Positions 1-13,980 of a stretch of DNA of 64,000 nucleotides are shown one piece after another; positions within the stretch are counted from its first letter, which is position 1, and every line of letters starts with the position of its first letter. Under the pieces are notes generated by a model that saw only the letters and a program-made list of their open reading frames with translations, was not told the DNA's origin and made no database searches. The DNA lies in NCBI RefSeq assembly GCF_026571515.1, contig NW_026864809.1, positions 124,001-188,000 of the forward strand, in the 5' to 3' direction. The DNA is from Ruditapes philippinarum. Taxonomy: Eukaryota. Both the position numbers and the translations under genes were made by a program.

Positions 1-489
1 ATATTTAGGTAATGTGTTGCCATTCATTTGCTTTTGTTTCAAAATAACCCATTCATCTGCTTTTGAATTATTGGATTCCGAAGTTAACCATAATATAAGG
101 CACAACAGGTTTACGTATAACTTAAAATGACCAGTATGATACTCGCAATTTACTCCCACAAGGTGACAAGGTGTTAGATTTTCAGTTGTATGTTCAAATA
201 TAATGAAACAATAGTTCTTATATTCTCTTTACATTTATGTTTTTGACATGATGGTAAATATTGCAAAAAGATAGCAAAACGTAAATCAAGTGGAACTTTC
301 TGTTCCATACGATATACTAAAACACTATAACATCATTAATGTCTAAATGCTAAAGATGGTTTAAGCCACAAAACCAATGTCAAAGGTATCGGAAACTGTA
401 ACAGAACACTGAATACAAAAACATTTTCAGAGAAACGAATGATAGAACTTTATAGGGTCAACGAATCTTTTAACAATTCGTATGTTAAA

Positions 490-1330
490 TACAGGCTGGC
501 TAAGCTATCAAGATAATTTATTCTGTTTTAAATTACCTAACATACCTCATTTAGGAGAAGTATTGAAACATTTATTCTCTTTACAATTGAAACACTAAGT
601 GATTAAATCGTTTTGTCTTAAAGTGTAAACATCGGCTTTGTCAATGGCCTACTTTCTTTGCGTTATTCTCTTAAGAAATGACAATAATTTGTAACTATAA
701 GACAATAAACAATAGCAGAGATAAGACTGTTAAAATACACATTAAATTCTATGTTCTTTAATTTATTGCATTTGCAAGATATGAGGCATGTTGCAATAAA
801 ATGAAAGCAGTCTTTAACGGAGATATTGCTAAGTTTCGTTTGAAGACTGAATGTGGAAAAATGATATATCGAATTTTAAGGATAACGTTATATTACAGTC
901 ATTTTATATTCAGTTGTGTGATTTCAAAATTAGTTTTCTTTCCTATAATGCTAGTGAAACTTGTGTCAATTTAGCTACACTCTTGGGCGAATAAAGAAAT
1001 AAATAACTAAATGAATAAATAAATAAATAAATAAATAGCAATTTAGCAATCAGGGATTAGTAGAAATGACATTGCATATAACACGTATGCAAGGTAATAC
1101 AAACAGGGATGCCAAATAATCCAAATGATGTTCAGACAAATTATGATACTGTTCAGACAAATTATGAGAAATAAATTAAAATTTCGCTGACTTCGTTTAT
1201 CTCTTGATAATATTTTCAACAATTTTGTGACATAACAAGTTTACCATATAGATCCCAGTGGAAATGAGACACAACTAATAGACTTATATAACATTTCAAG
1301 ACATATATTTATGTAAAGTATGTTGACCTA
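490..1330 (+). repeat. Old repeat block, also at about 47645-48255 and partly at 46120-46310
   Basis: Shared strings such as tcgctgacttcgtttatctcttgataatattttcaa, atatagatcccagtggaaatgagacacaact and ctataagacaataaacaatagcag-like. Confidence 0.85.
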
Positions 1331-3524
1331 ATGAGAAATCAAACACTTTCATTTAGCCATGAACTTGATTTTATTTTTTTGCGTTCAATTGCTGTTTCTT
1401 TAACTTTTGACGTTTTGTTATTGACTATTAAAAGATTTCACTTTTTTTCTAAGTTTTTTAGATTCTTTGGATTATTGATGAAGATTTATAATGTTTGCTT
1501 TCAAGATGTATTAGACAATATTTTATTGCTTTTCATGTAATATTTGTTTATAAGGTTCAAGCATTTTCATTCAATACTACAAATGTCTTTTTATTATGAT
1601 GAAATAACAACGCTTTAAGATTGGTTAGAATATTGGTTTAACTTTTATCAGTAATAAAAGAATGTATTTGGTACTTTCACTGGTATTTCTTTTTTAGATT
1701 TGCACACAAACAAATTTACTTTTCAATTTGAACAATAAATTTACTTTCACTAGCAACTCGTCTCTAGATTTGTACACCACAACCCATTTTTATTTGCATA
1801 TCTCACTCTTTTGTTATTATTCTCGCTGATGAATTTTTCTCACTGGTCCATGATATATATCAAGACACATGCAAATATATCCCGATGAGAATTCTATTTC
1901 TCTTAGCTATCAAAGTCAAATATTTTACTGTAATTGTCAATTGGATATCGTATTGATAACGTGTTCGTGCTGGAATAGAAACAAAGGCAATTCATAGATA
2001 ACTGTTCATTGATGACATACGTATGTAATACTGAGATATCAGCTGAAAGGGCCAAAATCTACACTATGTAAAACGGCAAAAAGTATAATACTAATTGAGA
2101 ATAATTTTCATAAACTTGATTCGTAAATATAAGAGATATAATGTATATTTCGAGGATGACGGTGTCGGTATTATCATACATACTTATTTGAAATTTAAGA
2201 AATAAAAGATATATCAGAAACAAATAAATTCCACATTACCATATTGTCCTAACCGTTTATTTATGATAGCCGTTTTTTGTTGATTTTTGTCTTCCCGTTT
2301 TGTTTTCGATTGTCGTAAATGTATTTCACAAAAATAAAGTTTTATTACATTAGACATTGACTGTGTTATTCCCAATGCAGTTTTTTTTCAATTTATTTGA
2401 TTTTCGCCAACGCATTTTATTGTTTTCTTTTCAAACCGCACATAAAAGTTAATACCATGGGAATAATAAGATATCGGTAATTCAATTTGATTCGATTTCA
2501 ATTTGAATTTAATGTAACATGTGTCTGACTTACATGACTTATGTCGAAATAATTTTTGTTTTATGTCACTACTTTTTACATTTTACATCTTTACTTCACA
2601 ACTGCGTGCATTATTACCGCCACATCCATTTTAAGCAAAATCTTAGAAACTCGCTCTTTGAAATTTAAATCAACACAAATCTATTACGGTTGTATAGTTA
2701 AAAAGTAAAATAAACAGGAATATTTGTATCTATAGGAAGATTACTTATGTTAACATAGCATTATTTTATATAAGTAGATTTACAGATTTTATCCGCAGAT
2801 GTATGAACATACGGTGGTAACCATGAAACCTTCAATGATACACGTTCGTGATATTCCACAAAGAGCGGCTTATTGTCCCCAAGAAAATTAATGAGTGAGC
2901 CCTTTACGAGAAAAAATGGGCAAACTTGTGATCAATGTAATTAATTTTCTTTAAAAATCAGACTCGGTTTGACACAGAAAATGTGCAGGAATCACAAATA
3001 AATAAATTTAATTGAACAACATGTAGAATGTGGGAGCAATAACTTTATATATTACATTTCAACTACAACTGTGATATTATGTTTTGTTTGTAAAATCTTT
3101 GAAGAATTAGATCAATTTTAATGGTGATTAATACTATGATGAATTAATAAGATTTATATACGTTATAGTTTTGTTTCCTTTAAAAATATGTTACCATAGT
3201 TTAACTGTTTATGTTATCAAAATTGTTGCACGTGTTGCATGTATTGACGAAAATCAAATTTCAATTCCCTAGCTGCTGTTGATATATAGCAAATTGCAAA
3301 GACGACAGAAGATGACTTAATAATAAGAAAGTGTCAAATATTCTTGCGAGCTTTTACGATTTCGCGAGTGAAATAAGAAAAATTTTATGACTTGCGGACG
3401 AATTTCACTCTACATGGGAATTACTAATGATATCTCACTGGTTTTCTGTTCTACGGGAATCATTTTGTTTTAGAATTAAAGAGTAATGTAGGACTGAAAT
3501 GCCAGAACAGTAGCTTAGCGTATA

Positions 3525-3790
3525 CTATAGAGGATATTCAATGAGTGTAGGTTCAATACTGAATTTATTGCAATATTTTCAGTATTGAACCTACATGAAT
3601 AAAATATTCTATTTATCACATACCCAAAGTAAAGACAGTTTGAAGTGCAAAAGAATCTTTTTTCATTGACGCACATACACTGTAACGCTAAAATTTAGTG
3701 CGTATTTACGCTGTTTGTATAACGCAAATTACGTCACGTCAGAATATAATATTAAGCACGACCACAAAAACGGCACGGGTGTTTGATAAA
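3525..3790. mobile_element. Small non-autonomous element with internal inverted repeats
   Basis: TGTAGGTTCAATACTGAA / TTCAGTATTGAACCTACA hairpin at 3546-3596; tttatca...tgataaa pair. Confidence 0.5.
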
Positions 3791-6700
3791 ACTATAGTGA
3801 ATTAGCTTTGGATATCATTTTTTTACAAATATAAAAATATATATTTGTACCATGAACAACATGTTTTTAATACTATTTAAGGTGAGAAAGTATTGTAGAA
3901 ATTGAAAATTGTGGAACGTTGTCTATAAAAGCACGAAAGCTTATAGCGAAATAATTGTTTTTGTTTTTTCTTATTAGGAGAAACCCTTGATTTATATGCA
4001 AAACAATAAAAACGTACAGATATTGTTCATAAAAGTTTTCTATTGATTTACAATGTTACTATACTACTGGAACTCCTGCGTAACAATATGATACATTTAA
4101 CAAAATTATATAATTTTATTGTAAATATTTACAACAAACAAGATTAAATTTGGTGAAAACTTGAACTTCCAAAGGTGAATTGGTTTGACGTTTGAATTAA
4201 ATCAAAGACATTTGAAATTAATATAAAACGTTTTTATATGCATAATTGATACAGCAGTCTCTTGTACAAAGTGTTAGTAACGACACTCGTCAAAACATAT
4301 TTAAATATTAAAAATAAATCAAAGTGAAACGTGAAACTTCAAAAATGTCAAAATTGAAATAAGTTCCTAGATAATCATGACCATATATTTTTTTCTTACA
4401 CTGAAATATTGGAATAGTAATTCATTATAGATATAGAAGCATATAGTATTCAAACCACTTTGCTAGAATAATCAAATGCTTGACATCACTATTGTGTTCA
4501 AATACATTTCTGCAAACTTCTTATATTGAAGTATTGACTTTATTTCGAGGTTATTTTCTAAATTCCGTCTCAAATCTCATGATTTGCATTGGCCAGTGTG
4601 CATTTGTATTTGTTTCTGTCTCTCAGATACATGAGATCAAAGCTGAAACAGAGGGAATGTCTTTATAACATAAGATCCTAGTCTAAATAAAATTTGAACA
4701 AGTAGGAGCAAAAAAGGAAATCATTTTGACAGTTTAAAGACTCAAATATGAAGGTTAACTAACTCACACTAATGTTTTATAAGAAGATTTCTGATAATCA
4801 ATGCAAATCATGAAAAGCAATGTTTGATCACAAATGTTTAAACAAACTTTACATTATATTATTACATTATATCTAATCAGATAGTCTAAGTATGTGACGT
4901 TTTGCTGATGTCTGTCTGCAACAGGATGGGATATATAAAGAGTAGCTGGCATTTATGAAATTACCACTCCAGTGATAGACAGTGGTGTCTAGAGTTGTCT
5001 GTTGCAAACATATAACAAGATGTGGCTTTTATCTGAATGAACAGAAATCATCCAATATGTTGTCATTACTGGCTTTCACTTAAAAGCTAGCTAAGATGTC
5101 ACGTTTCCAGGGTAAATAAGAATTGAAACAAAAATTGATCGCACTGTCTCCTTGTTCGTGAAATAATATCGTAAGGAATAAGTTTTTCATTTCAATAGTT
5201 CAAATAAAAAACCTTCTGATAAGAAAAAAACAACAATAAACAAAACAAAAAAGAAAGAATTAAGAAAAAAATGAATACCGTCATCACCAATCTTGTAGCC
5301 ATAGTGTTACATTTAAACATCATCTGGATATACTGAATATAAACGTCATTCTTTATTTTCTACATTTCTTTATATTAAAAAATAATAGATAAATGCTCTG
5401 GCTTCTGTCATTGGCATGTAACGTTGCATACATATAGATAAATGAATCTCAAGGTTTAATAGAAAATAGTGTACAACCATTACATTCTGGATAACAAACA
5501 TTCATATCTAAATTAAAAAAAAGATAACAGGAAAACAATTATGTAAATTCTCGAAATAACAAGTTTGTGCCAACAGTTCTTTTCTAACATTTTTATTGAC
5601 CATTGTATTTTTGTGATTTATTTTTACCATGTTTTTACCATTTTCAAAAGATGAAGATTTATTACATAAAGCATCGAGTGTGATAGTCATAATACAATTT
5701 CCTTAACTTTATTTGATTTGCTTAAACACATTTATTGTATTCGTTTCAAGGCCCACATGAAATTGAATGTCTAGGGTATTGATGAGATCACGTTTATTCA
5801 ATTTGACTCAAACACAGTTTGGATTTATTGCAACTTGTCCCTGACTTCTGTCGAAATATTGTTCTATTATTATAATCACCGTTTAGACTATGCAGTATTT
5901 ACATGATAAAACAGTTGTAACTTGTTTTTGTAATAGTTGTTACATCAAAAGGAGAACATTCAAATTGAGACAATGCAACTTCATTCCTATTTTTATGATA
6001 TTCCTCAAGACGATTACTAAAAACGTTCATTATTGACCAACATGCCGTTTTACTAAACACAGATAAATGATTTATCACACATCTTATAAACACATCTGCA
6101 GATGTTTCTAAATTCAAAATTTCACCATTACCATGATTAAATGTTGAATTCTGCTTAACCCGGTGCTAGGAGGCGTGGACGGTAACTTGCACTCTCCATT
6201 ACGTCCATGAACAGTCTCAATCAATCCGAGCCTGCAACATTATCAATTTTGTCTTGTTGGGCTTTCTTTAGGGATTCTTTATTTCTCTCTATTTTATTAT
6301 AAATATATTGAAAATACACAGTCGTCAATTATTAACAATTTTCATAAAAAATAAAGCTAATGTGGATATAAAACGAATTTTACTAATGAATAGCTATAAT
6401 TATAAATGAATTTTACTAAAATGTTCAGAATTCAAGAATATACATTTGAATAGAATTCTTATTAATTATTTTAGAATAAAAAATAACAAGCATTTCCAAT
6501 TGTAATTGTTTCTAGGACAACATGTTAAATGAATTTTAGCTTTGTTTAACCCACCGTTACATGACATTTGAATAATCTTTATACCTAATCTAAAAAGAAC
6601 TATCATGTTATCTATTACATTGCAAATTTTTGTCATTTTCTTTGGAATAACATTTTTAATGGCCAATAATAATTTCGATGTAAGACATAAAATTTAGGCA

Positions 6701-7426
6701 CAATTTCCTCTCGTTCTATTCTCGTGTGGCCTTCCATAATCTGACGCTGACAGCCTGTTTTGCTTTGTCAATTCAAGAACAAATGTTTTGACAATCTTGT
6801 TATCCATGGATATTTTAAATTTACTGCAATGTAAAGTTTATTCTCAGTGACATACTAAGAATGCTGTAGATTATGAGTATTTGTCATATTTAATGAATGC
6901 ATGAATATTTGTATAAAAATCTAAAAATTATCATTGATTTGCATAATCTTGTAGCAGTTAAATTAATGTCAATACTTATTATCTCTACCACTTAAAGCCA
7001 ACTTTCTTTATAGCAGCTTTGCTTCAAATATTAAACAACTGCAAGGGCATCATTTTTATATCGATTGATTTATTGTGTAATGTTAGAAGCATTATATATT
7101 AATCAATTGTTTGACTAAGTGACATTTGAGCATATTCAAAATGTTACATAAGTGTACACAAAATAGATTTATAATCTACTACATTTATTTGAACATTACG
7201 ATGTCAATAAATCCTTGTGAAATTACTAATGTGTCGATCACTTGACATAGTACAAAATGTCGGATTATGAAGAAATTGATGCAAAAATCTTCACACATGA
7301 ATCAAGTCAATTTGCCGTTTGAATCAGCTAATTTCAGCTTTCAATTTTATACATCATTGCATTTACACCATTTATTATCTGTTAAATGAATAAGTTTATT
7401 GATATAAGTTGTTTAAATGCAACATA

Positions 7427-8381
7427 CGAGGGCTGTCCGGAAAGTTCGTAGACAAGGCTATAAAATTATTATGAGCAGTCATATTAATATGATGATTAAA
7501 TATTTTGCTTAAGTATTTATTCTGCTACAAATTTCTAAATTAAAAAACATGATAATAGTTGTATTCGCAAATCGCCAATCACCATAGCAACATGATCAAC
7601 GAATCACGGAGCACTTTGATTTCATGACAATAGCTACTCGAATAAAAAGTTGCTAAAAGTTGTAATTTTAGCGCAAACTCTTGTTTTAATGTTGTGACAT
7701 CAAAGGGTACTATTGCTTGATATTTAGTGAAAATTTCGAAGTCATACGCAAAGAAACAACTTGTTAACGACGATTATAGGCAATGAAGTTGCGTTAGTTT
7801 TATGTCGCAAAAATGACTTCTAATTCAAGGACGGAGCATCGTGATGTTATTTAACTTCAAAGCAACGCTAATAATTATTATAATCTTTACTTTAAAAACA
7901 AAATCAACCATAAATTGTTAAGGACAACTTGTGTTTAATTGTCAAACACGATCAAGAAGCGGTGATGATAGTATTTTCTATAAAAAAACGTATCAGATGA
8001 CCAAGAGTAGCATGGCCGAAATGTCGTAAATTGCGTTACAACAATCCTTGAAAATGACAGACATTTCACACACTGTATGGGAACCAGTGACACCTTTGTT
8101 GTTTTTTTTTAAAAATGTAGTATATGAAATTCATAAATCGGAAGAAATTGAATAGTGGATAAACATGAAGTTGACGCCGTTGACGTTGTCAAAGTGCTCC
8201 ATGACGATGTTTATATGTTGTATGTAAATACTGTAAAAATACAAACGTAAGTCACAATTCAGTAACTTTTGATAAATGTGTTCGCTAGATATGTATATTT
8301 TTGCTGACAAATTTTGTACAACGTATGTATTGTAATACAATAAAAAATGAAGAAGTATATGAACTTTCCGGAAATCCCTCG
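7427..8381 (+). mobile_element. Mariner/Tc1-type non-autonomous element
   Basis: TA|CGAGGGCTGTCCGGAAAGTTC...GAACTTTCCGGAAATCCCTCG|TA: terminal inverted repeats and TA duplication. Confidence 0.85.
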
Positions 8382-8454
8382 TACATTGTAAAAATCGTGT
8401 TATATAAATGTATCAGAGAAACTGATACGAACTAATTACTATAGGATTGTTTCA

Positions 8455-8700
8455 ATTTGGTTTGGTGTTTTGTTTCAGTTGTCACAATCAGGATTATTTT
8501 TCAGTTTAACTCGTTGGGAAAAACATCAGGTGCCGTTCTGTGTATTATTTAAGTTAAAACGGCTCCTGAGTCGCACCACCGACCGACCTTCCGTAAGCGA
8601 CCAAAACAATTCAAAGTCCTTGAAGGGATTATAACCCACTTCAACGAAGTGACAAGTGAATTGCAGTCGGCGACCACATCCACTTTACCCAAAAGGCCTT
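8455..8700 (-). mobile_element. Possible degenerate tRNA-derived SINE
   Basis: ttggtttgg tail at the left and a reverse-complement tRNA-like head (gggatt..aaccca...agtgaattgcagtcggcgacc...ccact...aggcc); recognised by resemblance only. Confidence 0.4.
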
Positions 8701-11700
8701 ATTTAAATATGATGTAGGGTTGTATTTTAACATGCAACCTTTTGTTTACAAGAAAAAAACTGTTTGGGATATGTTGTATTTCTCCTTCTTGAATATGAAT
8801 GGAATTATTAAATTTCTGGCTGATATATATAAGATAAGCCGGCAATATATCTTATCTCATATTTTATTGAAATTAATATCATACTACATCTTTCTTCAAT
8901 GATTTGTTTACTTTCTGTCTGGACAAATAAAGAGATCATTCTTTGTATATAAGAATAACAATATTTGTTTCTTGTGGTGGCATCGATTTAAAGGGGACTT
9001 CACTGAGGTAAGAAGCCTATAAACTTAAAATTTAAAATGGTATAATAGATCAAGTGAGAACACCGCAAAGGTAATATAGAAATTAATTCAGAGTTTAATT
9101 CATAGTCGACCTTCTGCACAATTGTTAGCCCGGTTAAAGTGAAAAGCGTTGCAATGCTTATCATTCTTTAGCCATTTTGCACAATAAAAAACGTATTCTA
9201 GGAAATCATGGTGAGGGAATTATCTAAAATTTTACACATTTTAATCCAATCATGTCAAAAAAACCTAAGTCACAAAAAATAGTATGAATAGGCAATGGAT
9301 ATGAAAAAATTCTTGAATTGATTTCTTAAATAGTTCATTTAAGACGTTTAACAATTGTGCTTTAAAATATATATAAGTGACCTAAAAAGGTCTCATTTTA
9401 AAAAAATACAAAAAACAAGTCATTCCTTTGATTAAAAAGTTTGCATTAGATTAATAAACAAATGCTTTGTATATTTGTAATCGTATCTGTTTCAAATGAT
9501 TTAATATTTAACATACGACTCAATTAACGCAACGTGTTTTGTCATATTAACATGTAACATTCTTTAATTTTTTCTTCTTTCTTTCTTTCTTTCTTTCTTT
9601 CTTTTTTCTCACGATTCAAGTTCATGTTTTAATGAAGAACATTCTACAACATCTGTAACTGTCACTAAAATATACTAGTAAAAGGGTACTTTTTATGCCT
9701 TTTCATACTTTCTGATCTAAACTTTCTATTGTACTAATTATGTGATCATCACATAGATTTACTATTTTAACTTGTTTTGTGTATCAGTTATCTTATTCGC
9801 CATCTGCCGTGAAATGATGTACGCTTTATATGATATTTCTTTTCTTTTCACTTGATACACCCCTAGACGCGAGCATTTTTCCTTGAACTGGTACCAAAGA
9901 GAACAATTCGCAATCGTCTGATAGACTCAATAACTATCCATAATTAACAATGCAAGGCTTATTTCAACTTTACAATTACTTTACATTTACATAAGAATAT
10001 TGTGTATATTCAAGACATACCTTAGACATGAGGATCTGCGTTCCGCCAAGATATGTGATACAAGTTTGTAGTATTAATGTATCGCATTAATCGTTACCTT
10101 GTAAACGAATCCAAGCGAAGGGTATTGTAGCGACAGTTAGGATATGATTTAAATGATATCGCATCATTTTCATAATTGTAATAAACGAATTGTGTTTTTC
10201 TATTTCGTGAAATCAATTAGGAAGGGGGGGTTAAATGAACGCAACACCCACAGGACCCAGCAACATAGGCCCAAGGAGCCCAGCAGGACCCCAAACAAAA
10301 ACATAACAAGGCCTAAGGCAAAGCACGGACGGGGTGATTACTTTAATAAAACGTAATAGGAAATAAAGGGACCATCATGGAAATTAAAGAGACTAAAGGG
10401 GTGTCTGTGAAGGGAACTAGAGGGTCGGGGCAAAATTAAAATAAAACACTAGGGCCAAAGAGAAGATACTTACTGTAGACGAGAAAACAACAAGAATGGA
10501 CAAAAAATGTATCACCATCTGATTCATAGTAAAAAACGACAAAGACATTCATCTGAAGCACGTGACAAAATATTTCCGCTGTCTCATAGCATGTGACTCC
10601 ATCCGGTATTTGAATACTGCATAGTTGAAATTTTAGAACAGTTTTGAACATCTTGTTTGGATTAAGAGGGAAATACAAAGTTGAGGCAAAAATTCCATAG
10701 TATCTTCAAAAATCTTTTAATGGTTTTCTAAGAAAAATATGTCTTTAGTTGGATCACTTTGTTTTTTAGTGTATTTTTGCTTTGTTTAAATATAGTTTTA
10801 TTATTTTCTTTTCTCGTAATGATCTTCAAAATATTATTTTCCGAACGCGTATTATCGGGTCAATATATTTATTTCTTTATAGCTGATTTTCTTAAAGTAG
10901 TTTGATCTAGCTAACCAATTTACAGCCAGTAATGAAAACATATTAGATGTTTTCTGCTCATTCAGATAAAAGCCACAACTCGTTATGTATTTGCAATAGA
11001 CAGCTCTTGACAACTTTGTCTATCACAGGAGCTATAATTTCATCAATGTCAATGACTCTTTAGATATATCATTCAGAGGAACGGAGAGAAATAGAATCCC
11101 TAAAAAACGTCCAAAACTATAAAAATTGAAAATCTTACAGACTCCGATATCTGTATTTCTCTTAGATTATTCGAATAGATGTTGGATAAGTATAAAATTG
11201 TAAGTTTCTAAGAAATATTATTAGTAAAAAGATGGCAAAGGAGATTATTTATATTAATTAATTCATCTTGAAACGGTCAAAAGAATGTGTGTTTTGTTGT
11301 GTTCAAGATAATTGTGGATTTTCTTTTATTTGTTATCGCTAGCTGGTTCTAGAAATTCTGCAGGACTATAATTATGTAAACGCCCACAGGATATGTTGCC
11401 TGCTGGGTCATGTTGTCTGTAATACGCAGACAAAATCTGATACCCTTAATATTTTTTTTATATTTAGATGCACCAATCGTTTTTTAAGAGATTATACGCT
11501 GTTGTTTATGGAATGACTAGTATCTCCTTGAATGAACAACGTCGAATGAGCATGTGTATATGTTGAAAAAATTCTTAATCGTGCTTAGAAATTGAATAAA
11601 GCTTAGTATGGTGCTAGGTTAGTTATGAACAAACAGTTTGCTTTGTTTGGCGACCTTTAAGATCTAAAAAATTTTATACTATATATTTTTATTAGTTAAC

Positions 11701-13799
11701 TTTAATATATCATCATATCTGATAACCTTTTGCAAACTTATTGACCCTAAGAAGTATAAATATGGTTTTTCATAAATTATAATTTAATGTATTGTTTTTC
11801 GTGCATTAACATTTGCAGAAACACAAGGACGCATTTCAAGCGCGAGCCTGCCTTTCTTGCATAAATTCATACAACTAAATCGGTAATTTCGCGTTTCTTT
11901 ATCTGTATTACATTTTAAGAACAACTGTTTGCGCCATGCTTTCCGTATGCTAGTACTTTGTTTAGTTAACTTTTGTTAAATAAAAATACCGCTGCCATCA
12001 TTGCATTAAGCTGGTTTTACATCGTGCGTGGGTCACGCATTTTTAAAAACGTGTTACAACGATGAGTGGGGGTGGTGACGTGAATCAGTCCGTTAATGCA
12101 TGTTTTCTTCTCCGTTAATTAATACCTGTGTGCCCAGTTTTTGTGCAGGAAATAATGTTGTTGCACATTCCACTATACATTGAATCGAATTTAATTGGTT
12201 AGTGGTATAATCGAATACTCGGAATGTTATGATATTGCTATAAAAAGTCTTGTAAACATATTTTACAAGGACAAATTTTAAAGTGGTTCATCGCCGGGAA
12301 AGCACGCTTTGTTTCATTTATGACAGAGATTGATGTCATGTCATGATTACTTGTTCTTTCGATTGAATTGATTGTTTGTTATACATGTACTCACAGTTCC
12401 TTATAATTCAGATAACAATAGGTCCATTCAATGAGGTTTCCCATTCTAATAAAACGTTGAACCGTACATATTCCATAACATTCAAACAAAAAACAAAGAA
12501 CTCTCTTTGGAACCAATTCCATTACCATAATAAAATTTATTTTGATGTTCGTTTTCAAATTTCACTGAATTCCTGTAACATGAAACATATGAAATAAATA
12601 CTAACCTAGACAAATCGCTTGTTTGAAAAATATCAATATTTTCTCATATGCAATATACCCCAAGCTTAACCACTATTTCTAACCTTAAAATAAATAAATA
12701 CAAAACAAAATTTAGCGGTTTATTAATAATAAAATGACATCTCTAGTGTATTTATTTTAAAGGCTTAAAATATCTTTTTGCTTTTAGGTCTTAAATGCTA
12801 CTTAAGTTTTGACAAAAATTGTTCTCGTAAGAAACATAAATACAGGAAAAAATATGAGCATTTCCTTTACATAGTGACATTCCAAAAATCGTTAACTTTC
12901 TATTTTTCCCATGTGGCATAGAAATACATATTAACAATAATATATTTCCTAATTATCTGTCTTATCTTTTCCCCAAAAAATATATATGATAATTCATGAA
13001 AGCTTAAAAAGTGAAACAAAATTTGACAGATTCTGCTTATTTAGTATATTTCAGGGATGTATGAAATCAATCTAAATAACATACGTACGGATAAGGCTTT
13101 GAAGTTCGATTTACGTAATTGGATCAATGCATACTACTTAAGTACACTTTTACCTCAGCAGTGTTTTTTTTCGCGCGCGTGTGTAAGGGGGGCAGAGATG
13201 GAATAGTATGGTGTTTGTTTGAGTTTTATTTAAGTGTGATTTTTTTTAATTCTAAGCTGTCTGTAATACTTGTATTTACTTTTGAAATTCGTTCGTTTAA
13301 TATCTACTTTGATAGCAAATTAAACCCTTAGTGTTTCGTCTTTTTCAAATTTACAAATTGAAGACACAAAATGGTGACCAGTATATGTTGGATTGTACGG
13401 CATAACAATACGTATCTAGATTTAACCAGCTGTAGGTTCATTTAAGACGTTAATGAAAAAACACAATTGACATTTTCAGCAGTATCAGAACATTAATTCT
13501 TAATTAAGAATAAGAAAACAAAATCCAATAGGATGATGTGAAGAAGATTTGTCAGAAGAAACAAACATGAATCTGCATAAAAATGATGTCTCTCTTAATA
13601 GCGGAAATGGTTTATGCGATACCATCAACTTGTTCCTTATAATCACTTTATATTTCTAGAATTACTGATAGTTAAATAGGAAGCTTCATATACAGAAAGT
13701 CAGTAAATCGATTAAAGACACAGAAGGAAAATGATAAAAAGAGTCCCTGTAACAAGTTTCTGTTATACGCATATTTGTTCTACAGGTTCAGAAATATAA

Positions 13800-13980
13800 C
13801 AAAACAAGCGTTGTGTTCAAATGAACGTCATGCCCCAAGGATATCGTGATCATGTGGTCTCTTAGTAAGTTTAGTAATTAGAGTCAAATCAAAGGTGGGT
13901 AACAAACAGTCAGTCATTGAGACAAACACACAGACCAAAAGCAATATACCCTTCTGGTCTTATGACCTGAACGTATAAAA
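13800..13980 (-). mobile_element. Short HINE-like remnant
   Basis: aacaag...hairpin...atgcccc start and acagac..aaagcaatataccc...ataaaa end. Confidence 0.5.

Noticed and set aside
4570-5330. Possible minus-strand spliced gene (IKATSCYMFATDNSRHHCLSLEC-FDLMYLRDRNKYKCTL), superficially echoing the CYMF motif
   Set aside because: The same block occurs inverted at about 10925-11070 and 14870-14945 without frame conservation (stop in the 10.9-kb copy), so it is best explained as an old repeat.
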